Below, one piece after another: positions 1 through 10,091 of a DNA stretch of 64,000 bases. Position 1 is the first letter of the stretch; every line of letters starts with the position of its first letter. The notes below the pieces were generated by a model. It searched no databases, was not told the DNA's origin, and saw nothing but the letters and a program-made list of their open reading frames with translations. The stretch comes from Marispirochaeta sp. (GTDB taxonomy: Bacteria; Spirochaetota; Spirochaetia; JC444; Marispirochaetaceae), in assembly GCA_963676835.2 (NCBI GenBank), contig CAXXFF010000002.1, forward strand, positions 1,696,001 to 1,760,000, written 5' to 3'. The position numbers and the translations under genes were made by a program.

Positions 1-114
1 CCTGGTTGCAGGCGTTATTCGGGCCTTTATGCAGAGATCTCGCGACACCCGGGAACAGTGAAATCAAGTCGACATTGACAAGTAAAGCCACATGTAGGAA
101 TATATATATCAGGA

Positions 115-870
115 ATGAGTATGGAAACGAAGACGAAAATTCTTATAGTAGATGACGAGCCTATCAACCGCGATTTCTTCGACGTAATGTTGAGCAAACT
201 GGGGTTTGAAGTAAATAAAGCCGAAGACGGTGAAGATGCCCTTGAGAAGATCCCCGTTGAACGGCCTGATCTTATTATTCTCGATAATATAATGCCCAAG
301 ATGTCGGGATGGAAGCTGACACGGATTCTGAAAAAGAGCGAAGAGTATGCCGAGTTCCGGGATATTCCCATTATAATGTTTTCCGCCATGGATGATGTGA
401 AGGATAAGATTGAGGGATTTGAACTTGGTGTAGAAGATTATATTACCAAGCCTTTCAATTTTTCTGAAGTTCTTGCACGGATTCGTGCAGTACTCCGGGG
501 GCGGGAACTGTCTCGTCAGGTTGTGCTGAAACAGCGCAAGATTGCCTCCATAGAATCCCTTAACCAGTCTCTTATCTATTTTACCGAGCATCTGAAAGCG
601 CCTGTAGAGGCCCTTACGCAGCGGGTTGAAGAGCTTGATGTTGCAAAAACAGATGATGTTGCTGCCTTTGTCGAGGCTGTACGCAGCGAAACAAAGCAGG
701 TCCTGGTAACCCTCCGCGGCCTTGAAGATGAAATTCAGGATCTCAAGTCGAAGACTGATGTTGAGGAAGAGGGCAAACTGGGTGATATTATGGCTGACCT
801 GGAAGACAAGTTTCAGAAACATTTTGCCAGCTGGAAGGAGAATCAGGAGATTTCCGGAGTATCCCAGTGA
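115..870 (+). CDS. Response regulator (REC domain plus C-terminal coiled coil/degenerate DHp-like helix)
   Basis: ILIVDD...LIILDNIMPKMSG...FSA...DYITKPF receiver motifs; helical C-terminus with FTEHLKAPV. Confidence 0.85.
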   Translation: MSMETKTKILIVDDEPINRDFFDVMLSKLGFEVNKAEDGEDALEKIPVERPDLIILDNIMPKMSGWKLTRILKKSEEYAEFRDIPIIMFSAMDDVKDKIEGFELGVEDYITKPFNFSEVLARIRAVLRGRELSRQVVLKQRKIASIESLNQSLIYFTEHLKAPVEALTQRVEELDVAKTDDVAAFVEAVRSETKQVLVTLRGLEDEIQDLKSKTDVEEEGKLGDIMADLEDKFQKHFASWKENQEISGVSQ

Positions 871-1088
871 TCAGTGAAGAAAAACAAAAAGTTCTTGATC
901 TCTTTGCAGAAGGACGGCGACATTACAAATTAATGAATTTTGATGATGCCCGGAACTGTTTTGCAAAAGCCCTGGAAATCCTGCCCGATGACGGACCTTC
1001 CAAGGTGTATTACCTGCGCTGTAAACACTACATTGAGAATCCGCCTCCCGAAGATTGGGATGGCGTGTTTGTAATGAAAACAAAATAA
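867..1088 (+). CDS. Small TPR protein resembling the C-terminal tail of class III adenylate cyclases
   Basis: 73 aa; F..AL...P.DGPS..Y..RC..Y...PPPEDWDGV motif; GTGA overlap with upstream stop. Confidence 0.7.
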   Translation: MISEEKQKVLDLFAEGRRHYKLMNFDDARNCFAKALEILPDDGPSKVYYLRCKHYIENPPPEDWDGVFVMKTK

Positions 1089-1104
1089 ACGGAATACTTT
1101 TTAC

Positions 1105-1521
1105 ATGGCAATTCTTGACCCCAACAATCTTGACAGACCAACCACCACCCTTGGACAGACCACCCGCTTTACCGGGGATCTCAAGTTCTCAACTTCACTT
1201 CGCATAGAAGGTAAATATTCGGGGAAAATCGAATCTCCCGGAACCCTGCATATTGCTGCAGGTGCCAGAGTCGAAGCGGATATCGTTGTGCGGTCCGTTG
1301 TCGTTGCGGGGACGGTTGTCGGTAATATACTGGCCCATGAAAGGCTTGAGATAGAGTCCACCGGACAGGTGGTTGGAAATATCAAAACCTCGAGTCTGAA
1401 GGTTGCAGAAGGCGTTTCTTTCAAAGGACGCTGTGATATGCTCCCCGAAGGAGAGAGTGTTGATATCTTTTCTGCAAAACCGGATAAGCTGAAGAAGATA
1501 CTTACCCATACCAATGGCTGA
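1105..1521 (+). CDS. Bactofilin (polymer-forming cytoskeletal protein)
   Basis: Repeating beta-helix pattern TTLGQTTRFTGDL..LRIEG...VVVAGTVVGNI.A..LEI...VVGNI....L.VAEG..F.G. Confidence 0.9.
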   Translation: MAILDPNNLDRPTTTLGQTTRFTGDLKFSTSLRIEGKYSGKIESPGTLHIAAGARVEADIVVRSVVVAGTVVGNILAHERLEIESTGQVVGNIKTSSLKVAEGVSFKGRCDMLPEGESVDIFSAKPDKLKKILTHTNG

Positions 1522-2242
1522 TCAGAAAACCACAGCTCTATCTTCTTTTGTTGTATGCGGTCTTACTCCTGAAGGGGTCAAGGCGCGTGCGGCAGATCTG
1601 GCGATTAATCTGTCGGCAGATATGAATGTTGAGCCATGGGAGTACGGCAGCATATTAAGTTTATCTTCGCAGGACGATGCTGAGCTGGAGAAAGCAGTAA
1701 TAAGCGCTTTTTCTCCGTTTATCTATGAATTTACTTCTGAACCCGGTTCTATCCTGGTTAAGGCAGCGGTTGCTGCTTCAATAACAGTGGTTATGGCGGA
1801 ATCCTGCACCGGCGGTATGGCCGGCGAACTGGTAACTGCTGTTTCCGGCAGTTCCGATATCTTCTGGGGCTCCATGGTGACCTATGCCAACAGCGCCAAA
1901 GAACGTATTCTCGGGGTTGATACCCTGAAAGATTATGGTGCAGTTTCAGAAGAGACTGTACGCAGTATGACTGCAGGTGCATTACGGGTTTCAGGTGCTG
2001 ATGCGGCACTTGCTGTTTCCGGCATCGCCGGGCCTGGAGGCGGTACCCCTGCCAAGCCTGTCGGCACGGTCTGGTTCTCTTTTGAAGCAAAGGGGCAGAG
2101 CACTACTCTCTGCTGCCGTTTTTCCGGAGACCGGGAGAATGTGCGCAAAAAAGCTGCTGCAACTGCTCTTGCGGGTTGTGCAAATCAAATAGGCAGCCCT
2201 TTACTTGACACCTCATGGATAGGTAGGTATACTTTTTATTAA
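1514..2242 (+). CDS. cinA: CinA C-terminal / nicotinamide-nucleotide amidohydrolase (PncC family)
   Basis: AESCTGG, GSS..F.G..VTYANSAK, GAVSEE, SGIAGPGGGT..KPVGTVW. Confidence 0.88.
   Translation: MADQKTTALSSFVVCGLTPEGVKARAADLAINLSADMNVEPWEYGSILSLSSQDDAELEKAVISAFSPFIYEFTSEPGSILVKAAVAASITVVMAESCTGGMAGELVTAVSGSSDIFWGSMVTYANSAKERILGVDTLKDYGAVSEETVRSMTAGALRVSGADAALAVSGIAGPGGGTPAKPVGTVWFSFEAKGQSTTLCCRFSGDRENVRKKAAATALAGCANQIGSPLLDTSWIGRYTFY
2205..2233 (+). promoter_or_regulatory. sigma70 promoter for rho inside the cinA 3' end
   Basis: TTGACA-N17-TATACT, about 190 nt upstream of the rho GTG. Confidence 0.7.
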
Positions 2243-2423
2243 CGCATCACGCATTTATTGTCTGCGTTCTTTTCCTGAACCAGACCTCCTAATATTAAAC
2301 GGAAATCCAAATCATGATTGCCTTCCAAGGTAGAAGTGTTGTTTATCCCATACGTTATGGATTACATACAAACTCCTGTGCTGAACGCACACTCCCGGGA
2401 GCAATGAACATGAGGAGACAATA

Positions 2424-4088
2424 GTGGAAACCTCCGAAATGGCCCAGAATGAACTGAGTCTTGAGGACAATGAAACAGCAAATACTGCGGCAGAAAATCC
2501 AGCAGGCATCCAGGATGATGCCCCGAAAAAGCGCAAAATCCGGCGAAAAGCTGTAGAAGCCGGTGATCCTGGAGAATCCGACAACGGTTCATCAGATGTA
2601 ACCGCTGTCCCCAGGAAGCGGCCGAAAAAGAAGAAAATACGGGTTGAACTTATTAAGGATTCATCCATGGAGGATGAAATCCCTTCTGAAACAGCTTCCG
2701 CGCCGGAAACCGGCAGTTCTGCCTCAGAGTCGGCAGCAGCGGAAAACTTCTACCCCGAACAGGCCTCATCTGCGCCTTCAAACCGGAATAACGGAAACTC
2801 CGGCAAAGAGCGGGATAAGCTGAGTATCAACGAACTTACCAGAATGAATATGGGAGATCTCAGAGCCTTTGCCATTGATAAAGGCGTTTCTCCCGATAAT
2901 CTGGGATCCATGAAGAAGCAGGAAGTTATTTTTGCTATCCTCAAGGCGCATACTTCAGTGGGCGGTGCCATTACGGCATATGGCTCACTGGAAATTCTCC
3001 CCGACGGATACGGATTTCTCCGTTCTCCCCAGAACAGTTATCTTCCCGGGCAGGATGATATTTACATTTCGCCCTCCCAGATCCGTCTGTTCAACCTGAG
3101 AACCGGTGATACTGTCTCCGGACATATTCGTCCTCCCAAAGAGGGTGAGCGCTTCTTTGCAATGCTCAGGGTTGATTCCGTCAACTTCCGTGATCCTTCC
3201 GAGGCACAGACGAGAATCCCCTTTGATAACCTTACTCCCCTGTATCCGGATGAACGGATTAACATGGAGGGTGAAAAGGGTGAAATATCCACCAGGATGA
3301 TAAACCTTTTCTGTCCTATCGGAAAGGGCCAGCGGGGACTGATTGTTTCTCCGCCGAGAACAGGTAAAACCATCCTGCTTCAGCGGGTAGCCAATGCTAT
3401 TACCACCAATCATCCCGAGGTTTACCTCATTGTTCTTCTGATCGATGAACGTCCTGAAGAGGTAACGGACATGCGCCGGAATGTTAAAGGTGAGGTTATA
3501 GCTTCCACCTTTGACGAGCAGGCAACACGGCACGTTCAGGTAGCCGAAATGGTGCTTGAGAAGGCAAAGAGACTGGTTGAGCATGGCAACGATGTGGTTA
3601 TTCTGCTTGATTCAATCACCAGACTTGCCCGGGCATATAACCAGACTGTGCCTACCTCCGGTAAGATTCTCTCCGGTGGTGTTGACTCCAATGCCCTGCA
3701 CAAGCCGAAACGCTTCTTCGGCGCCGCCCGTAATATTGAGAACGGAGGCAGCCTGACCATTGTTGCTACTGCTCTTATCGAGACCGGCAGCCGTATGGAC
3801 GAGGTTATTTTTGAGGAGTTCAAAGGTACGGGTAACATGGAGATCAATCTTGACCGCCGTATGTCCGACCGTCGGCTTTTCCCTGCCATCAATATCAAGA
3901 AGTCCGGAACCCGGAAGGAAGAGCTTCTGCTCACCGAGACGGAACTTCAGAAAATGTGGGTTCTGCGCAAGGTTATCAACCCCATGGATGATACGGAGAT
4001 CACCGAACTGATGATTGACAGAATGCGTAAAACCAAGAATAATGAGGCCTTCCTCCGGTCAATGAATACCTCAAGTGTTACCGATTAG
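2424..4088 (+). CDS. rho: Transcription termination factor Rho with long low-complexity N-terminal extension
   Basis: [56 protein letters not shown]. Confidence 0.98.
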   Translation: METSEMAQNELSLEDNETANTAAENPAGIQDDAPKKRKIRRKAVEAGDPGESDNGSSDVTAVPRKRPKKKKIRVELIKDSSMEDEIPSETASAPETGSSASESAAAENFYPEQASSAPSNRNNGNSGKERDKLSINELTRMNMGDLRAFAIDKGVSPDNLGSMKKQEVIFAILKAHTSVGGAITAYGSLEILPDGYGFLRSPQNSYLPGQDDIYISPSQIRLFNLRTGDTVSGHIRPPKEGERFFAMLRVDSVNFRDPSEAQTRIPFDNLTPLYPDERINMEGEKGEISTRMINLFCPIGKGQRGLIVSPPRTGKTILLQRVANAITTNHPEVYLIVLLIDERPEEVTDMRRNVKGEVIASTFDEQATRHVQVAEMVLEKAKRLVEHGNDVVILLDSITRLARAYNQTVPTSGKILSGGVDSNALHKPKRFFGAARNIENGGSLTIVATALIETGSRMDEVIFEEFKGTGNMEINLDRRMSDRRLFPAINIKKSGTRKEELLLTETELQKMWVLRKVINPMDDTEITELMIDRMRKTKNNEAFLRSMNTSSVTD

Positions 4089-4186
4089 TCCGGGACAGGA
4101 AGCCTGAATTAGAAATTTTTAGCCCTGTGACGTATTCCCCCTTTTTAGGGTGAGGGTAATCACCGGGTAGCTATAGGAGAAATACA

Positions 4187-4393
4187 ATGAAGAGCGATAT
4201 TCATCCGAATTATGAATTCACTACCATCAAGTGCGCTTGCGGAAACGAGATTAAAACCCGTTCCACCGCAAAGGATCTTGAGGTGGAAATCTGCTCCGCC
4301 TGCCACCCCTTCTTCACCGGTAAGCAGAAGCTTGTAGACACCGCAGGACGGGTCGAACGCTTCAAGAAGAAGTACGGTATCAAAGACGAGTAG
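4187..4393 (+). CDS. rpmE: 50S ribosomal protein L31 (Zn-binding type)
   Basis: [36 protein letters not shown]. Confidence 0.98.
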   Translation: MKSDIHPNYEFTTIKCACGNEIKTRSTAKDLEVEICSACHPFFTGKQKLVDTAGRVERFKKKYGIKDE

Positions 4394-4403
4394 AATCATT
4401 CGG

Positions 4404-4431
4404 GAGCGGCCTCAAGGGGCCGCTCTTTTTT
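4404..4431 (+). terminator. Intrinsic terminator after rpmE
   Basis: GAGCGGCC-TCAAGG-GGCCGCTC followed by T6. Confidence 0.9.
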
Positions 4432-4565
4432 GCTAAATCCTTACTATTCCCTCACATACGACGCTCTCCAGGGGATTCTTGTTGCATTGGCACAGGTTTT
4501 CCAGTAAGATGGGGTAGTGTATTTTCGTAATACGCAGCCGTATGGTTGTCAGTGAAGGAAGTTGA

Positions 4566-5735
4566 ATGAAAAAGCTGCACGCCCAGCACCAGGAGGAGTA
4601 CGGAAGGGCTCCGGACTTCATTGCCTGTGCTCCCGGGGTGGTTAATCTCATGGGTGAACATACCGATTACAGTGACGGTTTTGTCCTTCAGGCAGCTCTT
4701 CCCATGTATGCCAATGTGGCCGTGTCCCTCCGCGACGATGTTTCCCTGCGCTTTTTTACCGCCGATGCAGGGGAACGAAAAAAGACTTCCGTACCCAATC
4801 TGAAATATAAACGCGAAGACCGCTGGGCAAACTACATAAAAGGTGTCCTTGCGGAGCTTGAGGAGCGGGGAGTTCGGCTACCCGGGCTTGAGTTCTCCAT
4901 TTCTTCAAATATTCCCCAGAATATCGGTCTGGGCAGTTCTGATGCCCTCTGTGCTGCAGCGGCTATAGCTGTCTGCCGGGTGCTGGATGTTAAGCTTGAT
5001 ACCCAGGAACTCATTGATGTTGCCTATGGAGCAGAAGCACGGTTTATCGGGCTGATAAAAGAGCCCACCGATGTTGCCACAAGTCTGCTGGCGGAAAAAG
5101 GAAAAGCTCTCTATTTAGATATGCGCAGCCTGGAGTACCGGCAGATTGATATTAATCTGAAGGATGCAACTCTTGTACTTACCAACTCCCATGTGCCCCA
5201 TATCAGCGCAGATGACTATATCGCCGAGAGACGGGATGAGTGCCGTGAGTGTGTGGAACACCTGCAGTCCAGGCACGCTGGAGATTCCCTGCGGGACTAC
5301 TCCTCTGAAGACCTGAAGAGCGGTATTGGACTGCTTCCTGAATCCCTGCGCAGGTTATGCCTGCATGTGGTTGAAGAAAATGTGCGGGTTCAGGAAGCGG
5401 TAGAGCTGCTTCCCCGGGGTGATCTGGATACTCTCGGCCGCCTGATGGGGCGTTCTCATGAGTCTCTGAGGGATTCTTATGAGGTTTCCTGTCCCGAACT
5501 CGACTGGCTGGTAAAACGGGCCGGAGAGATTGAGGGTGTTTACGGCTCCCGTCTGACCGGTCCAGGTTTCGGCGGCTGTACCCTGAGCTTGATTAAAGGT
5601 GATGCTTTGGGGGATTATACAGAGAAACTCGGGGAGTATGAGCGTATATTCGGTTTTGCCGCCGAGGCTATTCCCTTTGAGGTATGTGACGGAGCCGGAG
5701 TATTAAATCATGAAAATTCTGCTGACAAACGATGA
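4566..5735 (+). CDS. galK: Galactokinase-family GHMP kinase (divergent)
   Basis: APG.VNLMGEHTDY, IP..IGLGSS, SH.SLRD.YEVSCPELD, GSRLTGPGFGGC. Confidence 0.8.
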   Translation: MKKLHAQHQEEYGRAPDFIACAPGVVNLMGEHTDYSDGFVLQAALPMYANVAVSLRDDVSLRFFTADAGERKKTSVPNLKYKREDRWANYIKGVLAELEERGVRLPGLEFSISSNIPQNIGLGSSDALCAAAAIAVCRVLDVKLDTQELIDVAYGAEARFIGLIKEPTDVATSLLAEKGKALYLDMRSLEYRQIDINLKDATLVLTNSHVPHISADDYIAERRDECRECVEHLQSRHAGDSLRDYSSEDLKSGIGLLPESLRRLCLHVVEENVRVQEAVELLPRGDLDTLGRLMGRSHESLRDSYEVSCPELDWLVKRAGEIEGVYGSRLTGPGFGGCTLSLIKGDALGDYTEKLGEYERIFGFAAEAIPFEVCDGAGVLNHENSADKR

Positions 5736-6456
5736 CGGTATTGATAGTCCCGGGCTGATTGCCCTTAAAAAGGCCCTTTCGGGGCATGAAGTCTGTGTAG
5801 TTGCACCGGACGGTGAACGTTCCGGTAATTCCCATCATATAACCCTTAAGCAACCCGTAAAAATGGAAGAGACCGCTGAGCTTTCCTATGCCTGCAGCGG
5901 TACGCCGGCGGATTGTGTTCTCTATTCTGTCCGCGGGGCTATTGATTTTAAGCCCGATGTGGTGGTTTCCGGAATAAACATCGGGCCAAATCTTGGTACC
6001 GATCTTATCTATTCCGGAACAGCCGCAGCTGCCAGACAGGCGGCCTTTATGGGCATTCCCGGTATTGCCATGTCCCAGATGCTTAAAGGCAACGAGATTG
6101 ACTATTCCGCGGCGGCGGCTTTTATTAAAGTGAATATTGAAAAACTTGTTGCTGCCTGTGATAAAGAACACTTTATTAATATAAACTGCCCCTTTCCGGA
6201 AGGAGAGGATATGGAGGTTGTTATTACCAATCCTTCAAGAAGGATTTATCAGGATAATGTTGCCTCCTACACTTCTCCCGACGGGCATACCTATCATTTT
6301 CTCCATGGACCCTGGCCGGGTGCGGAGCCCGAGGAGGGCACCGACTGGGATGCTGTAAGTAAGGGAAATATTTCTGTTTCACCAATTTATCTTTATCCGG
6401 TTGGCGGTCCCGATCTGGATTCTTTCGGCAGAAACCTGAAGGCAGCTGTTAAGTAA
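5710..6456 (+). CDS. surE: 5'/3'-nucleotidase SurE
   Basis: ILLTNDDG, SGTPADC, VVSGIN.G.NLG....YSGT.AAA. Confidence 0.95.
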   Translation: MKILLTNDDGIDSPGLIALKKALSGHEVCVVAPDGERSGNSHHITLKQPVKMEETAELSYACSGTPADCVLYSVRGAIDFKPDVVVSGINIGPNLGTDLIYSGTAAAARQAAFMGIPGIAMSQMLKGNEIDYSAAAAFIKVNIEKLVAACDKEHFININCPFPEGEDMEVVITNPSRRIYQDNVASYTSPDGHTYHFLHGPWPGAEPEEGTDWDAVSKGNISVSPIYLYPVGGPDLDSFGRNLKAAVK

Positions 6457-6477
6457 ACAGTTTTATTAAGGAATAGA

Positions 6478-7152
6478 ATGGCGGATTTACAGGAAATTGA
6501 ACGGCTGTACAGGAGTAAACGCTACGATAAAGCCTTGAGGGCGCTCCTTGCCATGGATGCAGATCCGGCGGAGAATGTGGAAGTGAGTTACTATCTGGGC
6601 CTCTGCTATACCCAGCTCAAGCAGTATGATGAAGCACTGCTCTTTCTTGAGCAGGTTGTTACCAATCATGCCAATCTTCTGCAGATTTATCAGAGCCGCA
6701 TGATCCTCAGCCTGATTTATGCTACAACCAGGCGCTACAGGCTGGCCAGATTCGAGCTGGACCAGCTACTGGCCGGCGGATACGAGTCAACCCAGGTGTA
6801 TGCCGTCTACGGCTACGTACTGAATGAACTTGGTGAAACCGACGAAAGTCTCAATATGCTGCAGAAAGCGCTGACCCTTGATCCTGATAATGCCAACGCC
6901 CTCAATTCGCTGGGGTATATTATGGCGGAAAAAGAGCTCGACCCGGCTACTGCAATCAACTACTGCCGGGAGGCGGTAAAGCTGAAACCACGAAGTTACG
7001 CTTATATGGACTCCCTGGGATGGGCCTGTCTTAAAGCAGGAAAGCTTGAGGAAGCACGTATCCTGCTGCGTCAGGCTATGGATCTTTCCGGGGGAAACTC
7101 GGTGATTGCCGGGCACATGCGTACCGTTCTTGATGAAATTGATGCTAATTAA
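6478..7152 (+). CDS. TPR repeat protein
   Basis: Multiple TPR helices (YYLGLCY..L.QYDEAL; ALNSLGY; YMDSLGW). Confidence 0.85.
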   Translation: MADLQEIERLYRSKRYDKALRALLAMDADPAENVEVSYYLGLCYTQLKQYDEALLFLEQVVTNHANLLQIYQSRMILSLIYATTRRYRLARFELDQLLAGGYESTQVYAVYGYVLNELGETDESLNMLQKALTLDPDNANALNSLGYIMAEKELDPATAINYCREAVKLKPRSYAYMDSLGWACLKAGKLEEARILLRQAMDLSGGNSVIAGHMRTVLDEIDAN

Positions 7153-7194
7153 GCTGCTGCAAACAGCCGATACTGTAAGTGGAGGAGGATAACG

Positions 7195-7356
7195 ATGAGT
7201 GTTGATTCAATGCTGACCATTCAGCCCAACCCCGTAACGCCCTCCAGCGAACCGGCTATTATGGATATGCAGGATATGAAGCGTATTCTTATGCTGGGTA
7301 TACGGGGAGAAATATCGCTGCCCGGAGAAGAACATGAGGTAGATGTATACGCCTGA
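7195..7356 (+). CDS. Small 53-aa protein missed by the ORF track
   Basis: Strong SD GGAGGAGG at 7181-7188; MSVDSMLTIQPNPVTPSSEPAIMDMQDMKRILMLGIRGEISLPGEEHEVDVYA; fills the intergenic gap. Confidence 0.7.
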   Translation: MSVDSMLTIQPNPVTPSSEPAIMDMQDMKRILMLGIRGEISLPGEEHEVDVYA

Positions 7357-7376
7357 GTCGGGGTATACTTTTACAG

Positions 7377-9434
7377 ATGAAGCACCAAAAAGCTGTATTC
7401 TTCATTGCCTTTCTACTGCTCCTGTCTCTGACTGTTCTTACCGGGCAGGAGCTTGACTGGGATTCATACCGGGGAAGCGAAGAGTTTCGATTCGGTGTTC
7501 AAGCCTATCACAACGGATTATTTGACAACGCACTTCTCTCATTTGAGCGGGCCCTCGGGTTTTCTCCCGATGACGCTGTATTCAAGGAGTGGCTCGGGCG
7601 GACCTATCACCGTCTTGGAAGCGACGCTTCTGCCCTGGCTTTATGGCGGGAGGTTCTTGATGCAGGTTATGGTTCCGCACTGCTGCAGCAGCGTATTGAT
7701 GTTATTTCTGCACAGAGAAGCCTTGAGAAGGAAAAGGCTTCTGCCGGAAGATATATTCTGGGAGAGACCCTTCAGGGCATCTTTTCCGAGTACACCCTTT
7801 TCAGCCGGCCAACCGGGATTGAAGCCTGGCGTGACGGCAGCTATTACCTTGCATCGTTTGCCCAGAACGAGGTGTATCAGTTCAATTTGAACGGAGCCCT
7901 TCAGAAAACCCTTCAGGGTGGTATCCTCGGTTTTGACAAGCCTTTTGATGTGCTGGCTTACAGCAGTGACCGGCTGTTTGTTTCCGAGTTCGGCTCCGAC
8001 CGTATATCATCCTGCAGTCCCGATGGAACTTCCCTTGAACGCTTCGGCAGCTCCGGAGGGGGCGCCGGTGAACTTTCGGGACCACAGTATCTTGCCCGGG
8101 ATGATTCCGGATATATCTATGTAACCGAAGCGGGAAACCGGCGGGTAAGTAAATTTTCACCCGACGGGGAATTTGTTCTCAGCTTCGGCAGGAGGGGGGA
8201 CGGCTTTGCCGGTTTGTCTGCGCCTTCCGGGATTGCAGTGGTTGGCAGCACAGTCTTTATTGCGGATATCCGCAGACAGGCAATCTTCTGTTTTGATCTT
8301 TCCGGTAATTTTCTGTATCAGACAGGTGATGATCTTCTTATACGTCCCGAAGGTATCTCCATTCTCGGACCTGAGCGTCTGCTTATTTCTGATGAAGAGC
8401 GGCTTATGGTCTACCATATTCCCTCCCGGTCTTACGAACTGCTTGCAGATTTTAAGGGTGAACATCGCCGTATTGTGGATGCTGTGAAGGATGTTAACGG
8501 TAATATTCTTATGAGCGATTTCAACCGTAATGAGATCGGCGTTTTAAGCGAACTTTCCGCAATGTATTCCGGCGTCTTTGTAGAAATTGAACGGATTGAT
8601 TCCGACTCCTTTCCGGAAGTGTTCATGGATGTTTCGGTACGGGACAGGTTGGGATCTCCTATTGTGGGGCTGCGGGAAAGCAATTTTATCCTCTCCGAAG
8701 GTCACGGTATGCCCGGCTCGCCCGCCCTGCTTGCCCAGGGGGACGCAATCGACGGTATAGAGGTTGCTGTAATCATCGAGCGTTCAAGCTACACCATGAA
8801 TGAGCAGGAGGAGATTGCCGCCGGGGTGGGGGAGATTTATAAGGCTCTTCCCGCGGGCAGTCGAATGCGCCTTTACTCTGCCGGTGACGTATCCGCTCTG
8901 GAAGTTCCTGCCGGCAAAGAACTGAATGACTATCTGGAGGCTGCAGGACGGGGCAGCAGCGGCGGTACAGATTTTGCCCTGCCGGAAACACTGCGTCAGG
9001 CAGCTCTTGAGCTTGCTCCTTTGAGGGGCCGGAAAATGATTGTGAGTATCGGTTCGGGAAACATGCCTCCGGAAAACGCATCCGGAATCCGACCTTCTGC
9101 GGCGTCCCTTGGAAGTCTACTGGCTACCAACGGAATCCGCTACCTGAGTATCCAGCTGGGCAGAACGCTTACGGAAACGCCATATAGTGAATCCTTCCGT
9201 TATCTGACCAGTGAGAGCGACGGGGGAATGTACGCACTCCGGCGGGCGGAAGGGATAAGCCTGGTGATTAAAGATTTCGGCACCAGGCCCACCGGACGGT
9301 ATTATCTGAAGCTTGTATCCCAGCGTGATCCGGATTATGGAAAACGCTATCTGCCTGTTGAGGTTGAAGTTTCCTACTATAACCGTACCGGACGGGATGA
9401 ACTTGGCTATTATGCAGCTCCCCCGTACAATTAA
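7377..9434 (+). CDS. Exported TPR + NHL beta-propeller + vWA-like protein; probable homolog of spirochaete flagellar collar protein BB0236/TP0421
   Basis: Signal peptide, N-terminal TPR, NHL repeats (L.GPQYLA.D.SGYIYVTE.GNRRV.KF), PIVGL...NF vWA-linked segment; lies downstream of surE as in Treponema. Confidence 0.7.
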   Translation: MKHQKAVFFIAFLLLLSLTVLTGQELDWDSYRGSEEFRFGVQAYHNGLFDNALLSFERALGFSPDDAVFKEWLGRTYHRLGSDASALALWREVLDAGYGSALLQQRIDVISAQRSLEKEKASAGRYILGETLQGIFSEYTLFSRPTGIEAWRDGSYYLASFAQNEVYQFNLNGALQKTLQGGILGFDKPFDVLAYSSDRLFVSEFGSDRISSCSPDGTSLERFGSSGGGAGELSGPQYLARDDSGYIYVTEAGNRRVSKFSPDGEFVLSFGRRGDGFAGLSAPSGIAVVGSTVFIADIRRQAIFCFDLSGNFLYQTGDDLLIRPEGISILGPERLLISDEERLMVYHIPSRSYELLADFKGEHRRIVDAVKDVNGNILMSDFNRNEIGVLSELSAMYSGVFVEIERIDSDSFPEVFMDVSVRDRLGSPIVGLRESNFILSEGHGMPGSPALLAQGDAIDGIEVAVIIERSSYTMNEQEEIAAGVGEIYKALPAGSRMRLYSAGDVSALEVPAGKELNDYLEAAGRGSSGGTDFALPETLRQAALELAPLRGRKMIVSIGSGNMPPENASGIRPSAASLGSLLATNGIRYLSIQLGRTLTETPYSESFRYLTSESDGGMYALRRAEGISLVIKDFGTRPTGRYYLKLVSQRDPDYGKRYLPVEVEVSYYNRTGRDELGYYAAPPYN

Positions 9435-9744
9435 GAATATTAAAGATTGGTTTTATCGCAGGAGACTCACCTGGGAGAGCCTCTGTAATCAATGCGGTAT
9501 CTGCTGTTATGAAAAAAAAGTAGTACGCGGTAAAGCTGTTGTAGACTATGCCGCACCCTGCCCATATCTGAATACCTCTAAAATGACCTGTGCTGTATAC
9601 TCAAACCGCTTTAAAAAGTGCCGTCAGTGTCGCCCCATGACCTTGTGGCATGCCCTTTTTGCAGAGTACCTGCCCGACAGCTGTGGCTATGTGCAGCGCT
9701 ACCGCTTTTATCAAAACTGGTTTAGAAAAGGCCATTCTTCTTGA
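9412..9744 (+). CDS. YkgJ/YcgN-like CxxCxxCC cysteine cluster protein
   Basis: WESLCNQCGICC, CPYL....CAVYSNRF..C..C, LPDSCGY; start codon uncertain (ATG 9412 chosen). Confidence 0.8.
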   Translation: MQLPRTIKNIKDWFYRRRLTWESLCNQCGICCYEKKVVRGKAVVDYAAPCPYLNTSKMTCAVYSNRFKKCRQCRPMTLWHALFAEYLPDSCGYVQRYRFYQNWFRKGHSS

Positions 9745-9791
9745 TTCTTCCCGCTATTATTTGCATCTTAATTGAGAAACGGAGGGTCTGA

Positions 9792-10091
9792 ATGTTTGAC
9801 TATGTTAATTTTGAGCAGAAAGACGGAAACCGCAGCGCTGGAAGCCTGAAGCTGTTTGCCTTGTCTACCTGCGGTTTTTGTAAAAAGGCCATGGCTTTTC
9901 TGGAGGAAAACAGCATTTCCTACCAGTACATATATGTGGATTCGGTGGCCGCGGAGATAAAATCCAAAATTAAAGACGAGTTTCAGCAGAAGTTCGATAA
10001 GAAAATGCTTTTTCCGTCGCTGGTTATTGATGACAAGGATTTTCTGGTCGGATTTGTCCGTTATCACTGGCAGAAACTGGTGGATGCATGA
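9792..10091 (+). CDS. Glutaredoxin-family protein
   Basis: LSTCGFC active site, FPSLVID..LVGF; RBS GGAGG. Confidence 0.85.
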   Translation: MFDYVNFEQKDGNRSAGSLKLFALSTCGFCKKAMAFLEENSISYQYIYVDSVAAEIKSKIKDEFQQKFDKKMLFPSLVIDDKDFLVGFVRYHWQKLVDA

